Below are positions 17,475 through 26,898 of a stretch of DNA of 33,656 nt, in pieces. A program made the position numbers and the translations under genes. Position 1 is the stretch's first letter. Every line of letters begins with the position of its first letter. The notes beneath the pieces are model-generated. The model was not told where the DNA came from and made no database searches. It worked only from the letters and a program-made list of their open reading frames with translations. The stretch is from Saprospiraceae bacterium (GTDB lineage: Bacteria; Bacteroidota; Bacteroidia; Chitinophagales; Saprospiraceae): assembly GCA_020628755.1 (NCBI GenBank), contig JAHDEQ010000019.1, positions 1-33,656 on the forward strand, given 5' to 3'.

Positions 17475-19178
17475 TCAAGCTGTGTCTGACGACACAGCTA
17501 TACCTTTGAGGTTGAGTTGCAGTTTTGTCTGATTACGCCAAGTATTTTCATTCAAATTATAGCAAATATCAAATTCATTATCTATGATATTATTATAATA
17601 GTTTCCTAAACCAAAGCCAATCCCCGAAAATTCAGTGGCATTTTGAATAGCTCCAATTTTCAAATGCTTTTCTTTGACAATTCTAGTCTTCGTAGTACTT
17701 TTTACCTTTTTTGACACAAAAATCGGATTGCGATTGCCTGGCCCAAAAGGAGCAAATTGCTTCAAAATCCGCCAAAAAGAATCAGTTATTTGAATAAATT
17801 CTAATTCCGAAGAGACATTGATTTCGGGTTCATACGTATTTTCTAATCTGCTTTCTCTAACGACTTCCTCAAACCTTTCTCTAAAAAGAGTTACATTTTT
17901 TTCCTCCATTGTCAAACCTGCTGCGTGTTGATGGCCACCATATCCAAGCAGCAAGTCACTACATTTACCAATGGCTTGATGCACATCAAAGCCACGAACG
18001 CTTCGAGCCGAACCAACCACTTTATCACCAGATTTTGTCAAAACAATCGAAGGATGATAATATTGGTCAACCATACGAGCTGCTACAATTCCAACTACTC
18101 CTTTGTGCCAATCTTCTTGATATAAAACGACGCTTTTTTGTTCTTTATAACCAGAAAGATTTTCAAATTGAATTTTAGCCTCCGCAACGGTTTGAGCTTC
18201 TATTTTTTTACGTTCTTGATTTTGCTGATGCAAAATCATACTCAACTCTTTGGCTTCTTTTGGCGTTTTAGCTAACATCAATCGAACGGCCAATTTGGCA
18301 TCGCCCAACCGACCTGCCGCATTTATCGAAGGGCCAAGTCCAAACACAACATCTCTAACAGACATTGGCACGCTTTGCTGCCCTACTTCCATCAAGGCTT
18401 TTAAGCCAATTCGTGCTTTGGTGTTGAGTTTTTTTAAGCCATAATAAGCCATGACTCGATTTTCGTCTGTTATGGGAACAATATCACAGCCAATACTAAC
18501 GACTAAAATATCTAGTAGATTGGCCAGTTCATCCCAATCAATCGCAATTTTGGATTGATAAGCCTGTGCTAGTTTGAAAGCAATACCACAACCTGTCAAT
18601 TCCTTGTACGGATAAGGACAATCTGCTTGTTTGGGATTGAGCATGGCATAAGCATCGGGCAAGGTCTGACTTGGCAAATGATGATCGCAAACAATGACAT
18701 CAATATTATATTTGTTAGCAAGTTCTATTTGTTGATGCGCTTTTACGCCACAATCCATAGCAATGATAAGATCTATATTATTTGCTTTTGCGTATTCAAT
18801 TCCGTCAAAAGAAATTCCATAGCCTTCTTTGTAACGGTCGGGTATATAATAGTTGAGTTTTTGATGATAGGTTTTCAAAAAAGTGTACATCAAAGCAACG
18901 GAACAAGTTCCGTCCACATCATAATCTCCATACAATAGTATATTTTGTCCTTGTTCGATGGCTTGTTCTAAGCGAGCCACGGCTTTAGACATATTTTTCA
19001 TCAAGAAAGGATCGTGTAAATGTTGGAGTTGGGGACGAAAAAACAGCTTGGCTTCGTCGTAAGTTGTAATGCCTCTTTGTACCAAAAGTTGGCACAAAAT
19101 AGGGTCAATATTTAACGCTTTTTGTAAATCTTTAACTGCATCAGGAGAAACAGAAAGAAAATTCCACCGTTTTTTCAT
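17475..19178 (-). CDS. recJ: Single-stranded-DNA-specific exonuclease RecJ
   Basis: 567 aa. DHH motifs (YGDYDVDGT, DCG, VCDHH) and DHHA1 (GGHQHAAG). Confidence 0.92.
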   Translation of the reverse strand: MKKRWNFLSVSPDAVKDLQKALNIDPILCQLLVQRGITTYDEAKLFFRPQLQHLHDPFLMKNMSKAVARLEQAIEQGQNILLYGDYDVDGTCSVALMYTFLKTYHQKLNYYIPDRYKEGYGISFDGIEYAKANNIDLIIAMDCGVKAHQQIELANKYNIDVIVCDHHLPSQTLPDAYAMLNPKQADCPYPYKELTGCGIAFKLAQAYQSKIAIDWDELANLLDILVVSIGCDIVPITDENRVMAYYGLKKLNTKARIGLKALMEVGQQSVPMSVRDVVFGLGPSINAAGRLGDAKLAVRLMLAKTPKEAKELSMILHQQNQERKKIEAQTVAEAKIQFENLSGYKEQKSVVLYQEDWHKGVVGIVAARMVDQYYHPSIVLTKSGDKVVGSARSVRGFDVHQAIGKCSDLLLGYGGHQHAAGLTMEEKNVTLFRERFEEVVRESRLENTYEPEINVSSELEFIQITDSFWRILKQFAPFGPGNRNPIFVSKKVKSTTKTRIVKEKHLKIGAIQNATEFSGIGFGLGNYYNNIIDNEFDICYNLNENTWRNQTKLQLNLKGIAVSSDTA

Positions 19179-19324
19179 AGTATAGGGTTTTTGTTTCCTG
19201 CTCTAAGATATAAGTTTTGCTAATAAAAAGACGTTTATCTTTTGAAAAGATATTACTTGAGTGAACAGAACAATCATGTTTCTTGATAAAAAATCAGAAC
19301 TTGTTCCCGTTTACTTAAACCAAA

Positions 19325-20761
19325 TTGAACAAATTTACTTTGAAAACACGATTCTCATTTATTCTATGCTTTTTTGTTTGGGCAACTGCTTTTGCTCAAA
19401 ACACCTTAGTTATTGGCAAAGTTGCCAATAACAATGCTCGTATCTCGGCGATTGACCTCCAAGTCAACCATCGTTTTTTGGATGGCAATGTTGACACTTA
19501 CGAATCTAATATTTTGGAAGATGGCACTTTTGCATTTGCTGTTCAAATTGACGAACCGCAAACGGTCAATTTACTTTATGCTCGCAATAATGCCTTGTTG
19601 TACCTCGAACCCAATGATACTTTACGTATAAATTTTGATGCCAATACGTTTAAGTTTTCTTTCAAATTTGGTGGGCGTTCAGGGGGGAATAATACTTATT
19701 TGAATGAGTACTTTAAAAAGTATCCGCGCGAACTCGACCCTTTTAAGTATTTGCAATATCGTTTTGGTCCATTTTGGTACAAAATTGACCCCGACAAAGA
19801 TTATGCGATGCGTGCCAAAACCAAAACCGATTTTTTGCAATCTATCAACAAAGCTAAAGAAGAAGCATCGAGCAGCTTGGCTTTTCACAATTTGAATAAG
19901 CCAGATGCACTGACCGACGATTTTGTGGAGTTTATGGAAGCAGAAATTTACTACGATTGGGCTTATCATAAGCTCCTTTTTGGAGATATTTATAAAGGTG
20001 TACATGGATTAGACGATAGTTACTTTGATTTTTTGGCAGATGTTCCCTTGCAACACGAACAAATTGGCAGTCATTGGTATCAAATGTTTTTGTTGGCTTA
20101 TATCAATCGAAGCTATAAAAACCAAGAGCAAAAGGAGGAAAATCCTTTTGCTGGCCAATACAAATTGGCAAGTACGGTATTGTCGAGCAAGGCAATGGCT
20201 TATGTGCAAAGCGAAATGGTAAGTTTGGGTTTTTATAAAAAATATTTGGATAGTACGCTTCCTATTTATAGTAAGTTTATTGATGAAAACCCTTATAGCC
20301 AGTTTGATGACAAAGCTATTTTTGCTTTTCAAAAAGCGATGAAAACGGCTGCGGGAACAGCCGCGCCAGACTTTGCTTTGCAAGAAGTAGCAACGCCCAA
20401 TTTATCAAACTTGAAAGGCAAAGTAGTTTTGCTCAATTTTTGGGCAACTTGGTGTCGTCCTTGTCTCAAAAAGATGAAAGATATGAAGCCTATCCAAGAA
20501 GAATTGGGCAATAATGTAACTTTTGTCCACATCGCATTTGACAAAAATCAAGAACACTGGGAAAGTTTTATTGACAAACATGGCTACGATGGTATTCATT
20601 TGTTGGCACCTGCGGGTATCAATTCAGAGATTGCTCAGAAATATGATGTCAAAGCCTTACCACAATATTTTATCATTGACAAGAATGGTAATTTTGCAGA
20701 GAAACCTCCTGTATATAGTACCGAAAATTTGAAAGCGAGTTTGACTTATCTTAACCGATAA
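19325..20761 (+). CDS. TlpA-family thiol:disulfide oxidoreductase with a large N-terminal domain of unknown function
   Basis: TTG start, signal peptide ...WATAFAQ, C-terminal thioredoxin fold with WATWCRPC. Confidence 0.8.
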   Translation: MNKFTLKTRFSFILCFFVWATAFAQNTLVIGKVANNNARISAIDLQVNHRFLDGNVDTYESNILEDGTFAFAVQIDEPQTVNLLYARNNALLYLEPNDTLRINFDANTFKFSFKFGGRSGGNNTYLNEYFKKYPRELDPFKYLQYRFGPFWYKIDPDKDYAMRAKTKTDFLQSINKAKEEASSSLAFHNLNKPDALTDDFVEFMEAEIYYDWAYHKLLFGDIYKGVHGLDDSYFDFLADVPLQHEQIGSHWYQMFLLAYINRSYKNQEQKEENPFAGQYKLASTVLSSKAMAYVQSEMVSLGFYKKYLDSTLPIYSKFIDENPYSQFDDKAIFAFQKAMKTAAGTAAPDFALQEVATPNLSNLKGKVVLLNFWATWCRPCLKKMKDMKPIQEELGNNVTFVHIAFDKNQEHWESFIDKHGYDGIHLLAPAGINSEIAQKYDVKALPQYFIIDKNGNFAEKPPVYSTENLKASLTYLNR

Positions 20762-20779
20762 TTCTCAAAAGTATAAGCT

Positions 20780-21520
20780 ATGTCTAAAATCATTTGTACA
20801 ACTATTTTATTTTTCTTTTTTTGGCAAGTCTCTTTTGCTCAGTCAGACATTTTGACCAATGCCGACCAAATGCCTTATTTTGCAGGTTGTTCGGAGCTAA
20901 AAAAAGATTCAGACAAAAAGCGCAATTGTTCTAACAACAATCTCATTTCTTATATTGTCAACACCTTGCAGTATCCACAAGAGGCTAGAGACAATGGCAT
21001 AGAAGGAAAGGTCATTGTTAGTTTTGTGGTAAATGAAAAGGGCTTGGTAGAACAGCAACAAGTCATACGTGACATTGGCAGTGGCTGCGCCAAAGCCGCC
21101 TTAGCTGTTTTTGATGAAATGCCGCGTTGGATACCTGCCCAACATGCAGGAGAAAAAGTAAAAGTAAAAATGACTTTGCCGATTACCTTTTCTCTAAAAG
21201 CAAAAAATAAAGCGCAAAAATATACCATCAATTGGGGAACACTTCGAGGTCAACAAATAAGCAAAGTGGACTTAAAAGAACATTTGGATAAAAAAATTAT
21301 TGTTCGGGATTATTTAGGTAATTCTCAATCCATCAGTCAACTTCGAGTTTCCTTTGAAAAAGGAAGTCGCTATGTTTTTGCTAACAGTAGTGGTAAGATT
21401 ACACTTGAAATACAAAAAATAATCAAGCAAGCTAAAAAAGGAGGCATTCTACTAATCGAAGCTACCGTTCACAACAAAGGAGCTTTTGTAGAGGTGGAAC
21501 ATCAGTTCCAAATTCAATAA
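20780..21520 (+). CDS. TonB C-terminal-domain protein (periplasmic, signal peptide) with an extra C-terminal domain
   Basis: ADQMPYFAGC...YPQEARDNGIEGKVIVSFVVNEKG matches TonB_C. Starts 18 nt after the TlpA-like gene. Confidence 0.7.
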   Translation: MSKIICTTILFFFFWQVSFAQSDILTNADQMPYFAGCSELKKDSDKKRNCSNNNLISYIVNTLQYPQEARDNGIEGKVIVSFVVNEKGLVEQQQVIRDIGSGCAKAALAVFDEMPRWIPAQHAGEKVKVKMTLPITFSLKAKNKAQKYTINWGTLRGQQISKVDLKEHLDKKIIVRDYLGNSQSISQLRVSFEKGSRYVFANSSGKITLEIQKIIKQAKKGGILLIEATVHNKGAFVEVEHQFQIQ

Positions 21521-22252
21521 TCACAGGATATTAGGGAGTATTTTTTCGGCTTCAACAATCTGTTCGGGCTTGCCAGCATCGAGCCAAATGTCTTGGTCAT
21601 GCGGATAAGCTAATATTTGTTCTTCTTTGGCAGCTTTCAGATACACATCAATGATAGAAAAACGATTTTCTTCTGGAAAATAGTCAAACAATCGAGGATT
21701 TATAATATGAATACCGCTAAAGGCTCTCTTTTCAAAAACAATAGATGCTCTACGACTCCAACGGTATTTGTTGGTTTTGATATTTGTCCAACCCCACAAT
21801 TCGTTGGTATTTTCTTTGAACAATAAATAACGAGAAGTGTCCCTTTGACGAGTCGCCAAACTGGCGATAGCAGCAGTTTGGCAATGCCATTGATAAAAAG
21901 CATTCAAATCAATCGAGCTCAAAATATCGGTATTGTGAACTAAAAATGGCTTTTCATCTTCAAAAAACCATGCTGCTTTTTTGAGCCCTCCACCTGTTTC
22001 TAACAAGTCTTCTCTTTCGTCGGAAATGACAATATTTATTCCAAAATTTTGGTTCTTCCTTAAAAAATCTATCACCAAATCTGCAAAGTGATGTACATTG
22101 ATGATGATGTCTTTAAAACCAGCTTTTTTGAGTCGCCGAATGACAATTTCGAGCAAAGACATTCCATTGACTTCAACCAAAGCTTTTGGTCGGTCATTGG
22201 TCAAAGGACGTAGGCGAGTGCCTAATCCTGCTGCAAAAAGCATTGCCTTCAT
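21521..22252 (-). CDS. Nucleotidyltransferase family protein, MurU-like (sugar-1-phosphate nucleotidylyltransferase)
   Basis: MKAMLFAAGLGTRLRPLTNDRPKALV (G-x-G-T-R-L signature) and LETGGGL. Confidence 0.8.
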   Translation of the reverse strand: MKAMLFAAGLGTRLRPLTNDRPKALVEVNGMSLLEIVIRRLKKAGFKDIIINVHHFADLVIDFLRKNQNFGINIVISDEREDLLETGGGLKKAAWFFEDEKPFLVHNTDILSSIDLNAFYQWHCQTAAIASLATRQRDTSRYLLFKENTNELWGWTNIKTNKYRWSRRASIVFEKRAFSGIHIINPRLFDYFPEENRFSIIDVYLKAAKEEQILAYPHDQDIWLDAGKPEQIVEAEKILPNIL

Positions 22253-22284
22253 AAAAAACTATAAATTCTAAGTCCCTTGCTTAG

Positions 22285-22842
22285 CTATTTTTTCCATTTA
22301 ATATTGCAACCTGCACTTGGATATTGAACTGGATTGACAGGACGATTGACCAAAACAGAATCAATCGCTGCTCGCAAATCTTCGCCTGTGAGTGGCGTAC
22401 CCGAATTGGGGCGAGAAGCGTCCAAACGTCCTCGATACACCAAATTCATTTCGCCATTGAATACATAAAAATCAGGAGTACAAGCAGCATCATAGGCTTT
22501 GGCTACTGCTTGTGATTCGTCATATAAATAAGGGAAAGAATAACCTACCTCTTTGGCATGAGTTGTCATTTTGTCGGGCGAATCGGCAGGATAGTTTTCG
22601 ACATCATTGGAAGAAATGGCTACAAAGGCAACTCCCATATCTTGGTATTCTTTTGCCAAACGCACCAACTCTTCATTAATATGAATCACATAAGGACAGT
22701 GATTGCATAAAAACATGATGACCGTCGCTAAACTAGATTTTACATCAGCAAGGCTGATGTTTTTTCCAGAGACAGTATCGGGTAATTTAAAATCGGGAGC
22801 CTGTGTGCCCAAAGCTAACATATTGGATTCGGTGAGTGCCAT
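22285..22842 (-). CDS. Thioredoxin-fold / AhpC-TSA-like redoxin
   Basis: 185 aa. Redox motif CNHCPY in a thioredoxin-like context (VIMFLCNHCPYV). Confidence 0.75.
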   Translation of the reverse strand: MALTESNMLALGTQAPDFKLPDTVSGKNISLADVKSSLATVIMFLCNHCPYVIHINEELVRLAKEYQDMGVAFVAISSNDVENYPADSPDKMTTHAKEVGYSFPYLYDESQAVAKAYDAACTPDFYVFNGEMNLVYRGRLDASRPNSGTPLTGEDLRAAIDSVLVNRPVNPVQYPSAGCNIKWKK

Positions 22843-22858
22843 ATTTTATGTGTTTATG

Positions 22859-22880
22859 CCTGTCTAACGACAGGTAGATT
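22859..22880 (-). repeat. 22-nt hairpin element, copy 2 (minus strand AATCTACCTGTCGTTAGACAGG)
   Basis: The single difference from copy 1 lies in the loop. It is flanked by the direct repeats TATGTGTTTATG (22847-22858) and TATGTGTTTACG (22883-22894). Confidence 0.85.
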
Positions 22881-22931
22881 CCTATGTGTTTACGTGTTTG
22901 TGACTAAACATTTTCAAAGGCCAAAGCTAAT

Positions 22932-23573
22932 TTATTTTTTCTTCTTTTTAAAATCGCCTCGTTTCCATGCTTCAAAAAATTGCTTCCATGCAAATGGATT
23001 AAAAATATTCATAGGCGGCGTTTGTCCAATATGGTAGTAACTTTTGGCTTGTTGTCGCATATAATAGTCTGCATTTTCGTTGCCATCGGTCGGGACTTCT
23101 TCCCGCATACGTGAAAGCGTATTTTCGGCAAGGTTCTCCACTGCACGGGCTTGCATTTCGTTGGTAACATCCATTGCCAAAAATTCGAGTTTAAAATGCT
23201 CCCGACTAGGCCAGGGGAAGACAACTGCCGTAGGCAGATTGACCGTGTCTTGCGACATCAACTGCACCAAAGAATAACGACTGTCGGTCAAGGTATCGGG
23301 TATGAGAAACTCTACCTCTTTGTAACCAATAGCCGAAAAAGTTACCACATCTCCTTTTTTAGCAACAATCGAAAAGAAGCCTTTCAAGTCGGAATACGTT
23401 CCTCGACCATCTTCGGTCAAAATAATATTGGCATAAGGTATTGGAAACAACATTTCGTCGCTACCATCCAAAACCATCCCCGAAAATTGTACAAGGGCAG
23501 GGTCTGTATCTTGTGCTTGGAGATTGACGAAACACAAACATGATAGAAGTAAGCTAAGAATATATTTTGTCAT
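22932..23573 (-). CDS. CarboxypepD_reg-like domain protein (secreted), Lys-rich C-terminus
   Basis: The ATG at 23573 gives MTKYILSLLLSCLCFVNLQAQ, a signal peptide. The track's TTG at 23615 adds 14 aa. FSGMVLDG...PYANIIL...GTYSDLKGFFSI....GDVVTFSAIGYK matches CarbopepD_reg_2. Confidence 0.65.
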   Translation of the reverse strand: MTKYILSLLLSCLCFVNLQAQDTDPALVQFSGMVLDGSDEMLFPIPYANIILTEDGRGTYSDLKGFFSIVAKKGDVVTFSAIGYKEVEFLIPDTLTDSRYSLVQLMSQDTVNLPTAVVFPWPSREHFKLEFLAMDVTNEMQARAVENLAENTLSRMREEVPTDGNENADYYMRQQAKSYYHIGQTPPMNIFNPFAWKQFFEAWKRGDFKKKKK

Positions 23574-23713
23574 GAATATGAGGTTTTTAATTGGGAAGAG
23601 CTGCGCAAATTCCAAAAACTATAACTCTTTTTGAATCTATAATCTTGTGCAAACTAATAATTTACACTACTACAAAGAGGTATTATTTATAACAAATGGT
23701 TGTATTCTTGTGT

Positions 23714-25270
23714 TTAACCTGCCCAGCCTTCTCGGTCTAAACTTCTAAAATGTACAGCTTCGGCAAGGTGCTCAATCTTGATGGTTTCACTTCCGCCTAA
23801 GTCGGCGGAAGTGCGCGCGACTTTAAGGATACGATCGTAGGCTCTAGCCGAAAGCTGCAATTTTTTCATCGCATTTTTTAATAACAATTGCCCTGCTTGG
23901 TCTATTTCACAAACTTCTCTTACCATACGGCTAGGCATTTGAGCATTGCTATATATATGTGGCATTTCTTTGAATCGTTCTTGTTGAATTTGACGAGCTT
24001 TTACAACCCGTTCTACAATTGTAGCACTCGTTTCCGAAGACCGTCCCATTGTAGCCAATTCATCAAAAGAGACAGGAGTTACTTCTACGTGCAAATCTAT
24101 TCTATCCAGCAAAGGCCCCGAAATTTTGCTCAAATAACGCTTGACTTGTGCTGTCCCACATACACAATCCTTATCGGGATGGTTGTAATAACCGCATGGA
24201 CAAGGATTCATACTCGCTACCAACATAAAACTCGAAGGATAATCTACGGTAACTCTCGCTCTCGAAATCGTTACTTTACGTTCTTCCATCGGTTGGCGCA
24301 AGACCTCCAAAACCGTCCGCTTATACTCAGGCAACTCATCCAAAAACAAAACGCCATTGTGCGCCAAAGATATTTCACCTGGCATAGGATTAGAACCGCC
24401 TCCTACCAAAGCAACATCGCTTATGGTGTGATGCGGTGCTCGAAAGGGTCGTGTCGAAACCAAAGAAGATTCAGGTGGTAACACGCCTGCAACCGAATGA
24501 ATTTTGGTTGTTTCTAAGGCTTCATGCAAATCGAGAGGCGGCAAGATCGTAGGCAAACGACGCGCCAGCATCGTTTTACCCGCACCTGGAGGGCCAATTA
24601 AAATGGCATTGTGACCACCTGCTGCTGCTATTTCCAAGGCTCGTTTGATGTTTTCTTGTCCTTTGACATCCGAAAAATCAACAGCATACTTGTGTTGATT
24701 ATTAAAAAATTCGTCTCGTGTTTCTACGAAAGTAGGTGTGAGCTTCAAATCGCCATTGATAAACTCAATGGCTTCTTTAAGATTATTCACGCCATACACA
24801 TCGAGGTTATTGACAATAGCTGCCTCACGGGCATTTTCTTTGGCAAGAATCAGACCTTTAAAACCTTCTTTGCGTGCTTGTATAGCGATGGGAAGCGCAC
24901 CTTTAATAGGGCGAAGCGTGCCATCCAAAGACATCTCGCCCATCATCACAAAATCTTTGAGTTTGTCTTGGTCAATTTGTTTGGTTGCTCCTAGTACGCC
25001 CATTGCAATAGGTAAGTCATAAGCCGAACCCTCTTTGCGTAAATCAGCAGGAGCCATGTTGATAACCAATTTGAGGCGAGGCATCCGAAAACCAATATTG
25101 CTAATAGCGGCCTCTATTCGTTGAAAACCTTCTTTGACAGCATTATCGGGGAGTCCTACTAAAAAATAAAATTGTTTGCCTGCTGCTACATTGCCTCCAG
25201 CATTGACTTCTACCGTTATGGTTTGAGCATCTACACCCTGTACGGCACTCCCATAGGTTTTTACTAGCAT
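23714..25270 (-). CDS. comM: ComM/YifB Mg-chelatase-like AAA+ ATPase
   Basis: N-terminal Lon-protease-like ChlI domain, Walker A GPPGAGKT, Walker B LFLDE, zinc-ribbon-like CPCG...C.C. The ATG at 25270 (MLVKTYGSAVQG...) fits family N-termini better than the track's TTG at 25303. Confidence 0.9.
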   Translation of the reverse strand: MLVKTYGSAVQGVDAQTITVEVNAGGNVAAGKQFYFLVGLPDNAVKEGFQRIEAAISNIGFRMPRLKLVINMAPADLRKEGSAYDLPIAMGVLGATKQIDQDKLKDFVMMGEMSLDGTLRPIKGALPIAIQARKEGFKGLILAKENAREAAIVNNLDVYGVNNLKEAIEFINGDLKLTPTFVETRDEFFNNQHKYAVDFSDVKGQENIKRALEIAAAGGHNAILIGPPGAGKTMLARRLPTILPPLDLHEALETTKIHSVAGVLPPESSLVSTRPFRAPHHTISDVALVGGGSNPMPGEISLAHNGVLFLDELPEYKRTVLEVLRQPMEERKVTISRARVTVDYPSSFMLVASMNPCPCGYYNHPDKDCVCGTAQVKRYLSKISGPLLDRIDLHVEVTPVSFDELATMGRSSETSATIVERVVKARQIQQERFKEMPHIYSNAQMPSRMVREVCEIDQAGQLLLKNAMKKLQLSARAYDRILKVARTSADLGGSETIKIEHLAEAVHFRSLDREGWAG

Positions 25271-25424
25271 ATCTGTCTTGATTTTATCCTTTGTTGTAGT
25301 CAATCAATAGAAATTGATTATAAACTAAGGCAATTCTCATAGATTTTTTTGAATAATCTTTCAAAGATACGTTTGTTTTTTAGTAATTTTGAAACTTATT
25401 ATTTCAATTCAAAAAAACTAACAA

Positions 25425-25787
25425 ATGTCATTCGAAGTAGAAGGAAAATTACACAAAAAATACGATACCGAAAACAAGACGGATACTTTTCAAGCACGCG
25501 AATTTGTGATTGTTGTTGAAAACGGCAATTATCCGCAATATGTCAAATTTCAGTTGGTACAAGATCGTTGTTCTTTGATGGACAATTATAATGAAGGTGA
25601 TATGCTCAAAGTGCATTTTGATTTGCGTGGCCGTGAATGGAATGGAAAATATTTTACCAATTTGAATGCTTGGCGTGTAGAGGCGGCTCAAGCTGCTGCT
25701 AGCGCACCAGCTCCCGAAGCTGCTGATTTTCCGTCGGTTGCAGATGCTCCTTCTGCAGAAGATATAGGAGATGATTTGCCGTTTTAA
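25425..25787 (+). CDS. DUF3127-type OB-fold-like protein with a disordered Ala/Pro-rich linker and an SSB-like acidic C-terminal tip
   Basis: 120 aa. A globular part of about 88 aa (FQAREFVIVVE...YPQYVKFQLVQDRC....GD.LKVHFDLRGREWNGKYFTNLNAWRVE), then AAQAAASAPAPEAADFPSVADAPSAEDIGDDLPF. Confidence 0.6.
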   Translation: MSFEVEGKLHKKYDTENKTDTFQAREFVIVVENGNYPQYVKFQLVQDRCSLMDNYNEGDMLKVHFDLRGREWNGKYFTNLNAWRVEAAQAAASAPAPEAADFPSVADAPSAEDIGDDLPF

Positions 25788-25799
25788 TAAGTAACAAAC

Positions 25800-26897
25800 A
25801 TGAACATACGACTCTTCTTTTTTTCTTTAGCCTTTTGTGTGCTTATGAGTAACTGGCTGCATGGTCAAGACGAAAACCTTTTTATCAAACAAGATGATGA
25901 CGGTCTGATTTTGTTGACGACCGAAGGCGCTTCGCATTTTGCTCAATTGGCCTTGTCTTGTATTCAGAAAGAATATCCCAACAAACTCAATCAAGTTTTA
26001 TCCGACAACTCGATGTTGCAAGAGCCACGTGCTTTGCATCCTGCATTTTATGGATGTTTTGATTGGCATTCGTCGGTTCATGGTCATTGGATGTTGGTCA
26101 AATTGCTGAAACTTTATCCGCAATTGCCCGAAGCAGCAACTATAAGGCAAAAACTCAGTGAGAATTTGACTGCTGAAAATATAACAGGAGAAGTAGCTTA
26201 TTTTAAAACAGCAAGCAAGTCTTGGGAACGTATGTATGGTTGGTCTTGGCTAATGAAACTAAGCGAAGAGTTGGCCACTTGGAAGGATAAAGAAGCGCAG
26301 CAGTGGTCTGCAAATTTGCAGCCACTCACCGATGCTATCATCGAACGTTATATGCAGTTTTTACCTATTCAACAATATCCTGTTCGGACAGGAGTTCATC
26401 CTAATACAGCTTTTGGGCTTTCTTTTCCTTTGGACTATGCCAATACAGTTGGTCATATCGAATTAAAATCTTTGATTGAATCGAGAGCCAAAGATTATTA
26501 TCTTTCTGATGCCAATTGTCCTGCCGATTGGGAACCCAGTGGCGAGGACTTTTTGTCTGCTTGTTTGGAAGAAGCTGCTCTCATGCAACGTGTGTTGGAT
26601 GCAGAAGAATTTAAGTTGTGGTGGGAAGAATTTTTGCCTGCCGAAAAGCTAGAATCTTTACTTACTCCTGCGGATGTTTCTGATCGTTCTGACCCAAAAA
26701 TTGTTCATTTGGATGGTTTGAACTTGAGTCGTGCTTGGTGTTTTTATCGAATTGCCAAAAGCATTCGCTCTCCTCAAATGATTGAGGCGGCAGCCACACA
26801 TTTGCAGGCTACTGTACCAAATATTGCGACGGAGCATTATGAAGGTTCCCATTGGTTGGCTTCTTTTGTGATTTATGCCTTGGCTTCGGCGAGGTAA
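25800..26897 (+). CDS. DUF2891-like protein with signal peptide
   Basis: 365 aa. Contains FYGCFDWHSSVHGHWML, recalled as characteristic of DUF2891. Starts 12 nt after the DUF3127 gene. Confidence 0.5.
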   Translation: MNIRLFFFSLAFCVLMSNWLHGQDENLFIKQDDDGLILLTTEGASHFAQLALSCIQKEYPNKLNQVLSDNSMLQEPRALHPAFYGCFDWHSSVHGHWMLVKLLKLYPQLPEAATIRQKLSENLTAENITGEVAYFKTASKSWERMYGWSWLMKLSEELATWKDKEAQQWSANLQPLTDAIIERYMQFLPIQQYPVRTGVHPNTAFGLSFPLDYANTVGHIELKSLIESRAKDYYLSDANCPADWEPSGEDFLSACLEEAALMQRVLDAEEFKLWWEEFLPAEKLESLLTPADVSDRSDPKIVHLDGLNLSRAWCFYRIAKSIRSPQMIEAAATHLQATVPNIATEHYEGSHWLASFVIYALASAR

Positions 26898-26898
26898 T

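Noticed and set aside
20009-20383. 124-aa minus-strand ORF (plus several 60-110-aa ORFs) antisense within the TlpA-like gene
   Set aside because: The sequence has basic, low-complexity, antisense-type composition. The sense gene carries the WATWCRPC thioredoxin motif and a signal peptide.
23151-23543. 130-aa + strand ORF antisense to the CarboxypepD_reg-like gene
   Set aside because: There is no motif support, and the opposite-strand gene has a signal peptide and a recognisable domain.
23888-24481. 197-aa ORF on the + strand, antisense inside comM. The overlapping 127-aa and 94-aa ORFs at 24611-25022 are similar.
   Set aside because: The translation is Arg-, aromatic- and Cys-rich with no recognisable motifs. 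It lies entirely within a well-supported AAA+ gene, so it is a typical antisense open frame.
25271-25303. N-terminal extensions from the ORF-track starts: TTG at 25303 for comM, TTG at 23615 for the CarboxypepD_reg-like gene, ATG at 11908 for serC
   Set aside because: Internal ATGs give N-termini that match family expectations (MLVKTYGSA..., the signal peptide MTKYILSLLL..., MKKHNFFAGPA...). The extensions add non-conserved residues. Starts remain unverified.
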